From Laetmonice hystrix (lineage: Eukaryota): 64,000 bases of DNA. Where the stretch lies: the NCBI GenBank assembly GCA_965235115.1, contig OZ249436.1, forward strand, positions 55,368,001 to 55,432,000. Reading direction: 5' to 3'. Shown in pieces: positions 1 through 17,365 of this stretch. Position 1 is the stretch's first letter. Each line of letters begins with the position of its first letter. The notes beneath the pieces are model-generated. The model was given only the letters and a program-made list of their open reading frames with translations, did no database searches and had not been told where the DNA came from. A program made the position numbers and the translations under genes.

Positions 1-421
1 CTAGTGTATTTTTTCTTATGTTACTTTCGGTAGTGTGTGATTACCGGTACTATTCTGCGATTGAAATGTTACCGAGGGACGACAGGAATCTATTATGGAA
101 GTTTTCCTTTAGTTTATGATCAAACGTAACTAATCTCCGAAAGCCAAAAATATATTTAAAAAAAATATTAATAACTTTCACTTCATAACGGGCTTTTGTT
201 ACTATGAGACTAAGTATAAGCATTTCCAAGTTTGAAATTGTCTAAATGATCTGAAGCAGTAACATGGAAACATACCGTTAAGTCAGAGACTCGGAACCGT
301 GAGTAGTATATGAAAATTGTAGTTTTCATACACTGCGAACGGTTCCTTTCCAATAAGGTAAAGTCAACACACACCTCCGGTCCTGTATCTAGACATTCAT
401 TCTGCTGTTACTTGGTTACAG

Positions 422-2777
422 TCCCATCACCATGACAACTTCAGTGGTCATCTGAACCCTCTGTACGATAGTGGCCAGCACCACCACCATCACCACCACC
501 ACCACAACTTCACATACAACAATAACAGCAGTCTGGGTGGGCTGCACACATATAGCCACCCGTCGGTACCGCGAGCGGTGTTCGCGCCGCCGGGCCCTGG
601 GGGACCAGTGAGTGGGGTGTTGGCGACCGCTCAGCCCGGCCAAGTATGGAGGACACCCCGTCACGGCAGCAGTCTGAGTCAGGCCAGCGACCGGGCCCTA
701 CAGGTAACTAGTCACATACTTCTCTTGTAGAGGCTCTGTTAAAAGTGGCGTCATTGCATTTGGTGTATGATTTTATGATAAATATTTTATTTTTCTACTG
801 TTTATTGATTATTGTAGATAGGTATTTATTTATTTTTAATATTTAATTTTTGTGTGGGTAATAATAATTTGTGACGTTCTGTCAGTGTCAGTTATTGTAG
901 CTATTAATAATTCATGACGAGCTAATTATTTTGCGGACAAGTCAACACGTCGATAAGGCTCCGATTTTAATAATGATTTGATCATTGATAATCATTTTGA
1001 TAATCATTTTGATAATGTTAAATGATAATCTTTGGCTGGGTGGTGGTAATTACGCTATATTTAACTTCAACTAATACCTTTTGAAAACAAAGGAAATACC
1101 TGCACAGCTTGACAGTTTAAGTTAAATTCTTTTAGTTCATGCACTCTCTGAACTGAACTAAACTTCTTTGTAAGCAGTATTATTCATGATATGTGCGTAA
1201 AACCGTTACACTCCACTTTTAGAATAATATGCAGCCAATAAATCCTTTATTGTTTGTGAGTGGAACTATATGTATAGTATGTACACGTCAGAGGCGTAGG
1301 AAGCTGGGGGCAGAGGGGGCTGCTGCCCACCCCCCCCCCCCATATTTATAAAATTACCACAGGCTCAATACAAAGCCGTCGGCGTTCATTGTGACGTCAC
1401 TTCTGCCCCCCCCCCCCAATATTTTTTTCCTTCCGACACCACTGCACCTGCATGTAGCATGAATGGCTCAAATTTTCCAATATTTGTGTCGTGCTGATAT
1501 AAATTTTACAATACATCTAATATTTACTGGTTAATGGGTTTTTGTATATAACTTATAAGTCTCAACGTCGTTTGGCGCTTTTTGGCTGGGGTCTGGGAAA
1601 ATGATTGCCGTAAGAATGGAGGAGTGGGGTAGTGATGCGGGAATATCTGGTGTTTTACTAGCGGAGAGGGTCCCAGCGACACAACGGACATCAAAGTAAC
1701 CCTTTAACAAGAAACGGCACGTCAAACGCCGTCCTCCAGCTTGACGAACGCCACCAGGTGGCTTCACTAGACGCCGAAGGCCTAGACAACCGGAACAAGT
1801 TACCATATGGTCGCCATGGTTACGAGCCACGTGGGGAGAGCGCCCAATCAGAGGCCAGTCAGAAGTCGTCATCACAGAGAGCTGGCCGGGAGGGAGGTGG
1901 GTGGATGACGACTTGCTGTCCATGATCACTAACAGGAACACGCTCCAAGCAGAGGTGTTGTCGACAGTGGCTGGCCCGCCATCCGATCTGCTTGGAGTGT
2001 GTAGGCTGACGGGATCGGCACGTTGGTCACCTGTCGGCGAAAGTGAAAACTAATGTTGGGTTGATTGAGAACGGAGTTAAGTCTATGACGGCCTGTATTT
2101 TATATGGCCTGTTTAGAAACCTGAATGATACTGGTAATAGCAAGTTGTGGAACTAATGCCACTAACTTCTATACATGATTTCTTTTATCTTTTCTTTTAT
2201 TGTGTTAATGCTATAAATGCATTGTGTGTTAACCTTTAACATGTACCATGTAACGCTTGTACATTTGCTCAAACCTGAGTCTCTCCCAAACTACCTAATG
2301 TCGTAATATATATTTCTTGTTTGGCACTTTCCATTAAACTTTAAAAATGGATCGCCACTGTGAATGCATTGCTCACCTGCGTGCTGCCTATGTCCTGTTG
2401 TAGGTAGTCGCCTCACGCCGCGGTACGGTCATGCTGGGTCGGGCCATGTATCGAACCCCCCTCCGCCGCTGACGCATGCCCTGTCGGCCGGTTCCACCCA
2501 CCCTTACCCCTTCTCGTTCCCGGCCGTTAAAGTGCTCCCCCACAACGTGACGTCAAGCCTCTCCGTCGTCTCCGCCCCAGCTCCCGTCATCCAGAGACCT
2601 GAGCTGCCCCCTGGTGTTAGTGAGCGTCAACACCTACCGGCGGCCGCCAACATGACGACGGGCGTGCCGGGACTGCGCTCCACCAAGTCGCAGCGGATAC
2701 GGGGGGCGTCGAATAACATGAGGATGAAACAACTTGAAATGAGGGACTCGGGTCATGCTGGCATTGTTTTCACCTGA
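422..2777 (+). CDS. 3' end (last three exons) of an unidentified low-complexity His/Pro/Ser-rich protein; gene begins upstream of the window
   Basis: Exons 422-703 (phase 0-0, SHHHDNFSGHLNPLYDSGQHHHHHHHHHNF...DRALQ), 1662-1896 (0-1, RRGSQRHNGHQSNPLTRNG...AGREG) and 2404-2777 (GSRLTPRYGH...MRDSGHAGIVFT*). All have AG/GT boundaries, are GC-rich against AT-rich introns, and join in phase. No domain recognised. Confidence 0.7.
1289..1444. mobile_element. Short hAT-like MITE with poly-C tracts
   Basis: Imperfect TIRs CAGAGGCGTAGGAAG / CTTCCGACACCACTG; flanks cacgt/cacct. Confidence 0.55.
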
Positions 2778-5539
2778 CGGTGGGCCGGTAATTAACATGT
2801 CACACCTGAGGAATAATTCACACATGACTTTATAAAAGACAAGTCCAGTATGCTCACTTTGAGGATGATACCGTCCATCCCACCGTCCATCAAGAGCGGA
2901 TATGTCAAAGATACTCTTGTTGTTCATTTCTACGTTCTGTACAAACCTGCTTCGCAATTATAATGAAAATTAAACTTATTCGTTCCTTAGAAGCCTTGTG
3001 CCTAATTTGATGCAAAAGGCTGGCAATTTTTTTTCGGTAGAAAAAATAAGAAAAATCGGTTATTTTTTCCAACATGAACGGAAAGAAGATGTTAAGTCTG
3101 GGCACATTTTTAAAGGGCTCACACGGTATTAACGGGTAGTTGTGTAGACACATAATCGTTTTAAGAACTTTTATTTGGATGGTCCATGTAGTTATTTACT
3201 ACAATCAACATACCGTATATCAGGGAAGCATTGGTGACTGATGTCTTTCGTTTTAAATTTTGTTCTTTTTAAAAATCGGAAACCTGTTGGATCTGAACTT
3301 GTTAGCGCTTGAATGTAAGAATCTTATACCAAGTATTTGGTAACATATTCGCGCAGTTGAAACACTGTCTCCAATCTCTTGACCTTTGAACAGGTGTGTC
3401 TGGTGATGTTTGGTGGGTGCTGTCGTATGATCAAACAACGAAATCATTCTGTAGTGAAAGGTGTACGAAGAGTTTGTCTGAATTGTGCATGGATGTATTA
3501 TTGAATAGTGGCCTGCCTTTAGGTGCACCTCAGTGACTGACTCTAACCTGATGCCCACTGAAAGACGGAATAAACGGGGGTGGGGTGGAGTTAGGAGGCT
3601 GTGTTGCCTTCTAACTCCCCTAGGAACCCATCACCATTAAGATAAACAAAGGCATTGAATAGGATTACCGGATAATTAGTGATACAGCATTTACCAATAA
3701 TTGTTCCACGGGTCAGATGAAAATTGGACCCATTGGATTGGACTTTTTTTTAATTTTTATATATGCACTAGCATTGTTTTTTAAAACTGTGATAGTAAAT
3801 TATTTCAATGATGCATTTACATTGTTGATTGTACAAAGTGATAGACAATATAAAACTATCTTCCCAGTTTGGATTCCATTGCCGTGCGTTGTACCCTTTT
3901 AGGCAGTACGATGGGGTTGTCGGTGTAGACAGGTCCTGCGCTCAATAAGCAGGGGTTAATTATGTTATGTTTATGTCTACTCACTGATGGCTTTGAACTA
4001 ACTTTGGGACCTTTGTAAAATCGGTTTACCACCAGTGATGTTGAGAGTGTGTTTGTGGTGTAATTGAAAGACAGCGCCAGATTAGTTCTGCTCACATATT
4101 GACATTTCTACAGTTCATCTTTAACTGATCTTTGTTATTACCGAAATAACAGGTATTATTTACAGAGTACGTACGGTAACTCTGGCACTCATGTTCACTG
4201 TTTGGTGGGAATTTAATGTTAAATCATTCAAGTGATAAGTCAAAGGTCCCTGTGTTTACTTGTAAGGGTCAAACGTTATGCATAGAATCACTTTTTTTTC
4301 AGCATTGCAGGTACACGTAGTAGCCGAATTGTTAACTTGTTATTAGTGAACTTTATTTAATGTAGATATTGCTCAGAAATACACTAGTTTTCTGTACTGA
4401 CGTTATCTAGGATACTGCTGTTACAATTGCAAATAATCAAGATACCAGCAGGTGACTTCAAAATCGACAAAATACCAAATACCATCTCAATGCTTGCCCC
4501 AGCACATTATAAGCACATTATGACTTAATTAACTTAACTAAAAACGTTACATTCATGATTTTGTCGGGAGTGTTCCCCTTGCGATAAAAGCTACACCCTA
4601 AGGCCTGCATATCGGTCACAGGTTGTTGTGCAGTTGATGACAAGAATAGTTGGATGTTGACACTGTACGAATGTGATACCAGCTCTTTTTCTGGTTGTTG
4701 TCTTTTAATATTTTTTTTAAACTGAAATAAACATCAGTTCAATTAAAATTATGTGATCTTGTTAGTGAGTGGTAAGTTGTATGCTACTGGTATGGGTAAG
4801 GTATGATTGTACACCTTTTCTTACTGTCTTTTTATGTACTGAGGTATGCATTACGCATTTTATATTCAAAATGTTCACTCCGAAATGTGGAGATTTGACT
4901 GTGAAATGTTATTACTCAGCAGTTTATTCGGTTGGTTTGTAATGCACTGAAATACGGTGGGATTAAAGAAGCCAAAATGTAGGTATATCAGAATGTGCCA
5001 AAGTAGCCTGAGACAAATGCTTTCAGATTTAGTGCCTAACTTTTTCTCAGCTTTTTGTGCGAGTTTGTATCACTGTGTAAAATGTATAGTGTTTCTCTTT
5101 GACTCAGATGAAATTCTGTACTGGCAGTCGAGCTAGTCAAGGAAATTCTCCCTGGTAAAAAAAAACATGGTAAAGGTTTACACTGAAATCAAGGTGCCAT
5201 CAGACATGGTCTAGACTATAAAGTCCTCACTCATGGCTGAAGTACCGTACTAAAACAAGCATTAATGATCTGTCTTTATAAATCCAGTAAATATGAGCAG
5301 CCATCTCTACAATAAATACATAGTACAAAAAAAAGCCAAGAAATACAAACAGTTCAGATTTTTTTCTATGTGTGTTGTCTGTATGTGATGTATAAAATAT
5401 TAATTCATGTACGTCACATTGTTTTTGGCAAATATACATGTCTTATGTCATATGTGACTTGAAGGCAAATGAAGCCACTGTCCTTTTTTGTACATCAATC
5501 TCGACCGTCGAGATTTACTTGATAGAAGCCTGTCCTGTA

Positions 5540-5545
5540 AATAAA
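5540..5545 (+). terminator. Candidate polyadenylation signal of the upstream gene (implies a ~2.8 kb 3' UTR)
   Basis: AATAAA followed ~25 nt later by a GT/T-rich tract (gtggttttattgtgatctttgttttg). Other AATAAA copies exist upstream. Confidence 0.4.
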
Positions 5546-6425
5546 GCTTGTATAGTATAACTGTACTCGTGGTTTTATTGTGATCTTTGTTTTGAGATGG
5601 TAAAATGATAATGGATTTTTTTTATAAGTGACTCATTTCTTTGCTAATCATATAGATGGGACAAATGGGCATACTACACATACTCTGGTACAGAGGATTG
5701 TAGGACATTTGGGCCAGGGACGTTTGGGCCACCGACATTTGGTTAGGGTTGGGTTAACCCCTAACCCTAATGGGGTTAGGGCAATGTTTTCCTTCCAGGT
5801 CATATATTGAGGTTCGATCAGACAACGTCACAATATCAGTGGCTCAATCTGGCATTGCCACATGCTTGCAGCATATTGGCTCACTTGTGAACAACCGATG
5901 TCTGTGAATACTATAATTATCAGATATGTCTAATAAGGGACGGAATACAAATATGATGCCCTTCATAACAGGAGGAATGCACTTTAAACATTAGTAAGGA
6001 CAGCAGAATTTCTCAAATTGGCAGCCAAAGTTGACATGTCGAGAATCAAACAGTAGTTGGTCCGCCATGTTTTTTGGTCCGACCACCGCATAGGACAACT
6101 CTCAAGTAGTCCTAGAAAGTCAACAGTCCGACCAGGTCGGAAAGTTTAGTGAAACACTTTTTGAAAACGACAGACCGACTGGGTCGGACATAGTCCATCA
6201 TCCGGTAGGACTGTCCGTCGCTGTTAGTGAAACACCCCTCCAGGATCTTAAATTATTAGGAAGAGCATCGTAGGCCAATTGGTAGGAGAGGCACAGCCAG
6301 GAAGGCCAGGAAGAAGGTGTTTGTTTTGTGGGACACAAGTCCAAGGCGATGGTTGCAGCCATCAACTATGTTTGATTCCTAGAAAATTCTGTGGTAACAA
6401 CCCGTGATTTCATAGAACATGACAA

Positions 6426-6431
6426 TTTATT
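6426..6431 (-). terminator. Candidate METTL5 polyadenylation signal
   Basis: AATAAA on the minus strand ~75 nt after the METTL5 stop codon. Confidence 0.55.
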
Positions 6432-6505
6432 GACTTGATTTATGACATATGGCATGAAATTTACACAAGAGTGAGTGATATTAAAGTTAATTGCTGCTTT
6501 CATTT

Positions 6506-10249
<3,744 letters not shown>

Positions 10250-13200
10250 ATGCCCAGAGAGCGGCGAGGTTCAAACAAAAGTAAAGGTATTCGTAGTATC
10301 GTAGCTGCATTAGTGAACAATTAACACCACTGACCTGGCCCTGGGTAGTTCAGGTGAGGTCCACGGCCGTTAATGGCCCGTGGCCGGGGACTGTGGCCCC
10401 AGCCAGTGCAGCAGTGGGACCGCGACCGACCGCGGACCCGAGCCATTCGCCGCGCGGTTGGGCAAGGTGGTGTTCAAAGCCTTCGCCTGGATTTGTCTGT
10501 TTGTCAGACTCGGAGGCAATAGACCATGTAGACTGGGTACTCCTTACACCCTTGCCAATGCCATAACGTTAGCCTAGCGTAGCCGCTAGGGTTAGGCTAA
10601 GAGTAAGACTAAGAGCCTAAGTAGCCCTAAGCTAAGGCTAAGTCAGTGAAATCGTGCTATGTTCTTTGTAGGCCTATAAATAATATAAAGTGGCACATGT
10701 GCAAACTGTTAATGCTGTGACACACTTCCTTCCTTGGAATACCAGAAAATATAATAGCATACTCTTTTCAACAGCAGTTTGAAGTGTGTTGCTCTATGTT
10801 ATGGAGCTGGAGGTAAATTTTGCATAAAAAGTTGCATGCATCTGGACGTAAGGCCACATAAAAAAAAAAATATTTGTAAATTAGCGTCAACCTCTTCAAA
10901 TTTTTCCAGGTTGGGCAGGAGGTTTTTTTCTTTATTATTCTATGAATGGAGTGGTGGCATGGCTGGAGGAATAAGACATCGATATAGATGGTAAATTCCT
11001 AGGCAAGTTAGGAAGGTACAGACGACCATGTATAGAAACTTTCAAGGCCATCAAGCAAGAAATTGAAGACCAAAACATGAAAATTGATGTTTAAATCTTT
11101 ATAAGTTATAAGTGAAAGTTAAATGTGTACTGTTTTTAAAATAGAGAGGAAAAGTTGTTTTGACAGTTTTTACACTTTATGTCAAGGGTTCTTTGAAAAA
11201 AAAAATGCAGGTTGTGGACATTTCTCAGGTTGGGGCTTCATTGGTCCTATGGTACAGAGGTTGCACCCAGTTGAGTTATGCCTGTTCTGTAGTTGGTCAT
11301 TGTATCTTGAAAGCACAGTCATTGAAATGAGCTGGACCAGCAGGCAATGCTTACAAAAGCCCCCCCACCCCCCACCCCCACCCCCCGGATCTAGACATGA
11401 ACAAATGTTATGGACATTGATCCAGTAGACCCAGGACATCCCAAGTACATAAAGACTCCAGGGGCCCGTTGCATAAAAAAATCCCCGCCCGCTCCGTTTA
11501 AATGCCCCGTTAAAATAGCGGGGACCTTTTAGGTGCCCGTTAAAAACAATAGTTAACGGGAACTGTAGCGGGTGGGAATTTATTATGCAACGCAACGTCC
11601 CGTTAACTGACCGTTAGCGGCGGATTTAACGGGCGGGGATTTTCTATGCAACGCACACCAGGGCCGCAGCTAGAAATTTCTGAGTGGGGGGGGGGGGGGC
11701 AGTCAGGCACGCATCTAGGAATTTGTGAAAAGGCGCAAAGCCATGCATGAGCAGGGGGTCTGGGGGTCATTTTCTGGGGTTTCACAGCCTGGGGGCTGCT
11801 GCCCCCCCCCCCCCGCTGGCTATCGCCCTGGACCCTTGGGAGGGTACTAAGTGCAACCGGTTGCATGTTGTGGGAGGGGTCCACACTCGTCAAACTGCAA
11901 AGTTGAGAATCGCTCAGTTTGAAGCATCCTAGACTAGAAGTAGACTAAGTCGTGGTCAGTTGTAGAATTTACACCATTGCAGTAGATACCAAGTGAACAG
12001 ACCAGCTCAATGTAAAAAATTTAGACTTTGTTTTAGACAAGTGACAAGACAAAGTTCCCATGAAGTTAGTACTTTCTGTAGTAAGACTACAAATATTATA
12101 ATTTAGTATGCTTGTCGAAGGCTTTGCCGACCAGCCAGTGGGTTCTCACTCGCTTTGAGTGATTTGGATTTAATAGTCAGAAATGCTATAACTGAACATT
12201 GAACCTTCCTCTATTGGTCCTATGGTAGCCTTTGAAATGAAGCGGTTTTACGTAATTGCATTGCAGTATCTTGTACCCTTATTCCGAGTGTATTGGTATA
12301 TCCCCCCTTCACTTACAGTGGACATGGCTCTGGTGTACCCTGTGCTGTTTTAGGATTGGGTTTGCTTTGGTGTAAAGTTCACTTCATTTCTCTTTCTTTA
12401 CCATTGGATTCAATGCACAGATCTGAGTCGCATGAAAACCTTTGTGCAAACTCTTTGTCCAGAAAATAAAAAAGAAATGAAAAGAAACAGAAACACTGGG
12501 CTGCAGAAGCTAGGAAATAAAATGCATCAATGATCAATTTAGATCAAGCCATGTTGTAATTATTATGATTTGCGGTAAAGTGTTTACTCAGTAGAAATGC
12601 ACTTGTAAATTTGTTTTAATAGAGACTATAGTTTATGATTTTTGATGTGATTGTTCATATTTAACAGAACATTGTGATAAAACCTCCAGTTATAAACTGC
12701 CCATATAATGCTTTAATGTGGACCTACTGATCTGTGCATGAAATGAAGCTATTCATCATATTTAGTTCCTTTCTTTTGCTGTAATACAAAGGCAGTGTAG
12801 ATTAATGGTACTGGTATTTTGATTTTGCTTCCTACTAAGCTTTTGGGTTGGTTTTTTTTTCTTCGTGCAGCTTTACCCTAACAAGACTACAAAGAAGGTG
12901 AATTGAAACGTAAGTAATATTTAGTAAGTGTTCCACGCAGGACCTGACCTTGATGGAACACAACCTTAATGCAGGAAAGAGTAAGGAAGCTGTGTCTCTT
13001 TTGTTTTTAAAAACAAAAGAAAAGAAGAAAAAATTCCTATGCAGAGATAGCATCCACATTGAGAGCTGTGTGATTGGGTCATGCAGCATATATTGTTAGG
13101 TTACTTGAGTTTCAAGCCCTGTTAGAATTAATTTATTTTATAGGATTATCATTTTAAAAATTCATGACAAATTTAATATTAAGACTACACAAGATTTAAA

Positions 13201-15125
13201 AATCAAAAAAATATTTCTTTAGCGAAAGGTTTAAACTGTGAGCTTTATGGTGCTGAAAAGTTTTCTCCTTGCCACCCATCCTCTCATGACAATTTATTTT
13301 TTCATTGCAGAGCGTGGGGAGGGCGAGGCTAAGCAGTCTGGTAATAGAAACAGACCAGGTCCAGCCCCAAGGACCCCCACGAGCCCCTCGCAGGCCAAGC
13401 GCCGGACTGTCCAGGTCAGTAAGAGTCTTTGAAACTATAGACAGACTTTACTGTCTTGTGATAGGTTATCTAGCCTGTTTTTTTGCAATATTTAAAATAG
13501 TTTGGCTTGTTCCAGAATAGCACTTTTTCATTATAAAGATTACTAACTTTCAATGGGCAAGTAGGAAAAAATAATTCTGACATCATGGCAGTTCAGTTGA
13601 AAATTGCCTTTACAATATAATGAATGTTTAATGGAGATGTGTTTAAGACAGTTCTGTCCATTGTGCTGAGAGCTGGTTTTTCTCTGCGACTGTTTGCAGT
13701 GCAGCCCCAGCCTGCCGGAGCTCATCCCACCACTGCTCAGTGGGCCTGGGGATAACATCGTGGCGAATAATCCCTTCGATGACCCGCGTCAACATCAGCT
13801 GGCGCCACTGCAGTCTCAAGCAGGCTACCCAGGCCCACATCGACACCCCTTAGGTCCCCCAGGTCCGGCAGGGCCATACGGAATGCATCCAAAGCACGGC
13901 CCTCCGATGCCTCCTGTGTCCATGCCCCCAGGGGCAGGAAAGGTGTATCCGCCCAACCAGCCCATGGTCTTCAACCCGTCCAATCCCAACGCTCCCCCAA
14001 TCTATCCATGTGGTATCTGTCATAAGGAGGTGAGTCAAGATATGGTATGTATCAGTCTTGTGATTGTCACTTACTGACAGTGGAAAGAACTCTGAACATC
14101 TCAAAAGTCTGTAATGTTTCAATAAAAAATGTTGTTTGTGAATATTCATAAAAAAGATTTTATTGGTATCAATTGATCCGCTGTATAGTAATCTTAAGAT
14201 GGAATCACAAGGGTCTCATGATTGATATGATAAAAAAGACCCCTAAAAATCAAGATTGGTTAATATAGTTTTTCTTTGACAGAAAAATATGATTTGCTAC
14301 AAGTGAAAGGGTTTTACCGTAGGAAATTATTAGACATGACAAATAGGGGCAGAATTCACTCCGTAAATTTATTTGCATCGCCTTCTATCCTTTGCCTGTT
14401 TCGACTTCCCATCAGCTGATATAAGTGCTTGCTGTTTTACTCACGTGTACAGAGAACAGAGAATTATATATTGTGTGGTCTTCTATTATCAATCTTAAGT
14501 ACATGTATTCAATTTTTGATCAAGTTTGATAATAATGCTGAATTCTTTGTTGGAAAGTTTTTATATTTGGTATTTTCCAACAGGTTATCTATTCTTAGTG
14601 AAAGTATTCAGAGGAATAAGAGTCCACCTTTCAGGGGTGAAGTACGTAGAAGGATTTGATTGGAATCAGAGTATATGAAGTCTGGCTTTAATTAGTTACC
14701 AGTTGCAACAGAAGTAGAGAAGTTGACTTTATTTGAGACTCTTGTTACATTGTATTTTGAAATGTGACTTGCAGTTTATGTATGAATCAATGAATGATGT
14801 TCCTGGGCTTTTAAATTAGAAATGAGGTTCTCAGGCATATGTGAATAAGGATCCTGTCTAGTTGTGTGTCCAAATGTGTTTTCAATTACAACTTAATATG
14901 TATACATGTAGATGTGGGTACATTGAGATTGTGGTTGTGATGCAGGTACACGACAATGACCAAGCGATCCTCTGTGAGAGCGGCTGCAACTTTTGGTTCC
15001 ACCGTGTATGTACGGGACTGACAGAACCGGCCTACCAGATGCTTACCCAGGAGGTCTACGCAGAGTGGGTGTGTGACAAATGTCTACAGACTAAGAACAT
15101 ACCTCTCGTCAAAATGAAGCCTTAA
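10250..15125 (+). CDS. pygo: Pygopus homolog (Wnt/beta-catenin co-activator; NHD plus PHD finger), ~216 aa, 4 exons
   Basis: Exons 10250-10286, 13311-13414, 13700-14029 and 14946-15125 total 651 nt in frame. Basic NLS-like AKRRT, NHD motif ANNPFDD, Pro-rich linker, and PHD YPCGICHKEVHDNDQAILCESGCNFWFHRVCTGLTEPAYQMLTQEVYAEWVCDKC. Exon 1 is the least certain (phase-compatible). Confidence 0.93.
11462..11658. mobile_element. Palindromic MITE with CAG flanks in pygopus intron 1
   Basis: Arms CGTTGCATAAAAAAATCCCCGCCCG / CGGGCGGGGATTTTCTATGCAACG; CAG on both sides. Confidence 0.6.
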
Positions 15126-16894
15126 TCGTTATGTATCACATACATCCAATTCATGGCTCAAACCAGTAACCTCCTCAAAGAAAGTGTTGAACACTGACGT
15201 ATATAAATTTATTAGGAAGCTACTTTTGCTTTTGAGTTTGGGGGGGGGGGGGTTAAAACTGTATGAGAATTTGAGATTTACATCTGGAGTGTGTTCGACT
15301 AGCTGTTGTTAGCTTGTCACATTTTTGACATCCATGTATATTCAACGGGGGTTGTAACACACAACAGAACAATAATGGTTGTGAAACGCAACAAGGAAAT
15401 GTGCTGGTGCATTTGGCTACAGAGGAAAGTGAAAGGTGTCCCTTCAAATGAAAATATGAATTTTCTCAAAACTATGGATATCATTGCATAGACGAAATCT
15501 CTTTCAAAGAAACAAGATGTATTTTGAATATCAATAGTACTGGCATGTGTACAGCCCATGTTTGAATCTATGATATTCCTGGGGATTTTAATTAGAAAAG
15601 AGATTCTCAGGTGTACCTGAATAAGGAGCATGTCTAGTTGTGTGTCCAAATGTGTTTTCAATAACAACTAAATATGTAAATTTGGGTGAGAGAATTTGTG
15701 ACATAGTCCGTTGATTCTGAATGGAGTGTTGTCAGTATTTTAAATCAGTTTTCAGTATAATATTAAGACTATCAAGATCTTGCTAATGCTGCTATATGTG
15801 ATGAAAATAAGAAGGTTGTAATGACAACCAAAAAAAGGCTTGAACACTGCTGACAGCAAAGTGATGTGAGATTTCGTATTTGATCCCAGAATAATGGCAG
15901 TCTAGATGTTTGACAATAGTTTATGGTTTATCTTTTCGGTGACTGAAAGGTGGCTACAGTAGAATGAACCAGACACGCATTTAAAAATATACATACAGAT
16001 CTTTGCTATCAGAATCGTGTCCACACGATGACCCGGAAGGGGGGGGGGGGTTACTTGGAATACCCTTAAACGATCACAACATTGCTTTAGGAAATAAAAA
16101 GGATGGATGTAAATTGTCATACCAAGTCAATTTTGCTTGAGTCTTGATTTTTCAAAGGAGTGAACTTTATATTTTCGTAGATTTAGAAACATCTGGTTGC
16201 CTGTCCTCCAGCTTTTGCTGCAAAGGATGTAATATTTGGAAGAATTTTTTTTTGGAACGTGCAGTATCAAATGGGACGTTGGATTGGACTGAAAAGCAAA
16301 TTGCTGTACCGGTACCGTACTTGTTCTGGCCAATTGAATGCTCAACAATAGAGATTAATCGTTACAAGTGCATTCGATCGAACGAGGTGTGATAGGTCGT
16401 AATTACTGAAGATATTAATAAGGCGTTTCTTATAGTATAGTTTGTGGTGCATGTGTCAAAATATGAGGTTTTAGTGAATGACCTGGAGAACGTCTGACTA
16501 GATCGTTGACGATTGTAACAATTTCTGTTTGTTTGCTTGGCAATATTTTTTCCCAGTGTGATTGATGGTTTGGAACAATGTCTAATTCAGAGGTCAGTTC
16601 AGAGTGTTTGTGAGCGTACGAATTATGAATGTTTCTTGTAAAATGTGTCATGTACCAGTGAAAGATTCAGCGATATACACTCATGAGGTGGATACTGAGG
16701 CAGCATCCTGTTTTTGTAGATCTTATAAATATGAGACATGTAGATGTACTGAATGAGATATTCAAATTAAATGAAGAGAAGATTTAGATAAAGTCTTTGT
16801 GTTGTTTATTATTCCCGCTTGCTACCGAAGTGTCCTGACACATAGCAAAATGAAACGTCACATAGTATACCGTTTTAGCAAAAATTCCGCATTA

Positions 16895-17065
16895 AGGCCG
16901 GTTTATAGTCCGTCGGCCGACCATCGGCCGACCATCGCTGAACGTTTATAGTCCAGGGATCCGGCCGTCGACCGACCGATCGCTGGGAGTTAAGCCTGCG
17001 TGAACTTTGACCTGACGTCGAGCGATGGTCGGCCGATGGTCGGCCGACGGACTATAAACCGGCCT
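16895..17065. mobile_element. PIF/Harbinger-type MITE just upstream of YTHDC2
   Basis: Perfect ~45-bp TIRs AGGCCGGTTTATAGTCCGTCGGCCGACCATCGGCCGACCATCGCT and its reverse complement; 3-bp TSD TTA. Confidence 0.85.
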
Positions 17066-17365
17066 TTAGTGAACGTTATGTGAATTCCGCCAGATGGCAG
17101 GCTGCGATGTTTGTCGCGCCCTCTTGTGTCCAAGAAGGGAATTATCTAAACCCGTAAGGGGCGCTTGTTCAGGTTCCCAAAGTATCGTGGAGATAATTCA
17201 AAAGTAGTCTGTGTTAATGAAATAAGGCTAAATATCAATTTTATTTTTCCTTTTAATGCGCCAAAGAGTTTGAAAAACTTTTGAAACAGGAAATCCATAG
17301 CACTGTGACCAAAGAGCACTTTGGGGTTTTATTGGTGAATTAGAAAACGGGCCGTGGGTTTCAAA

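Noticed and set aside
5741..5781. Inverted TTAGGG/CCCTAA telomere-like repeats
   Set aside because: Only a few imperfect units beside a short repeat fragment; insufficient for a telomere-fusion claim.
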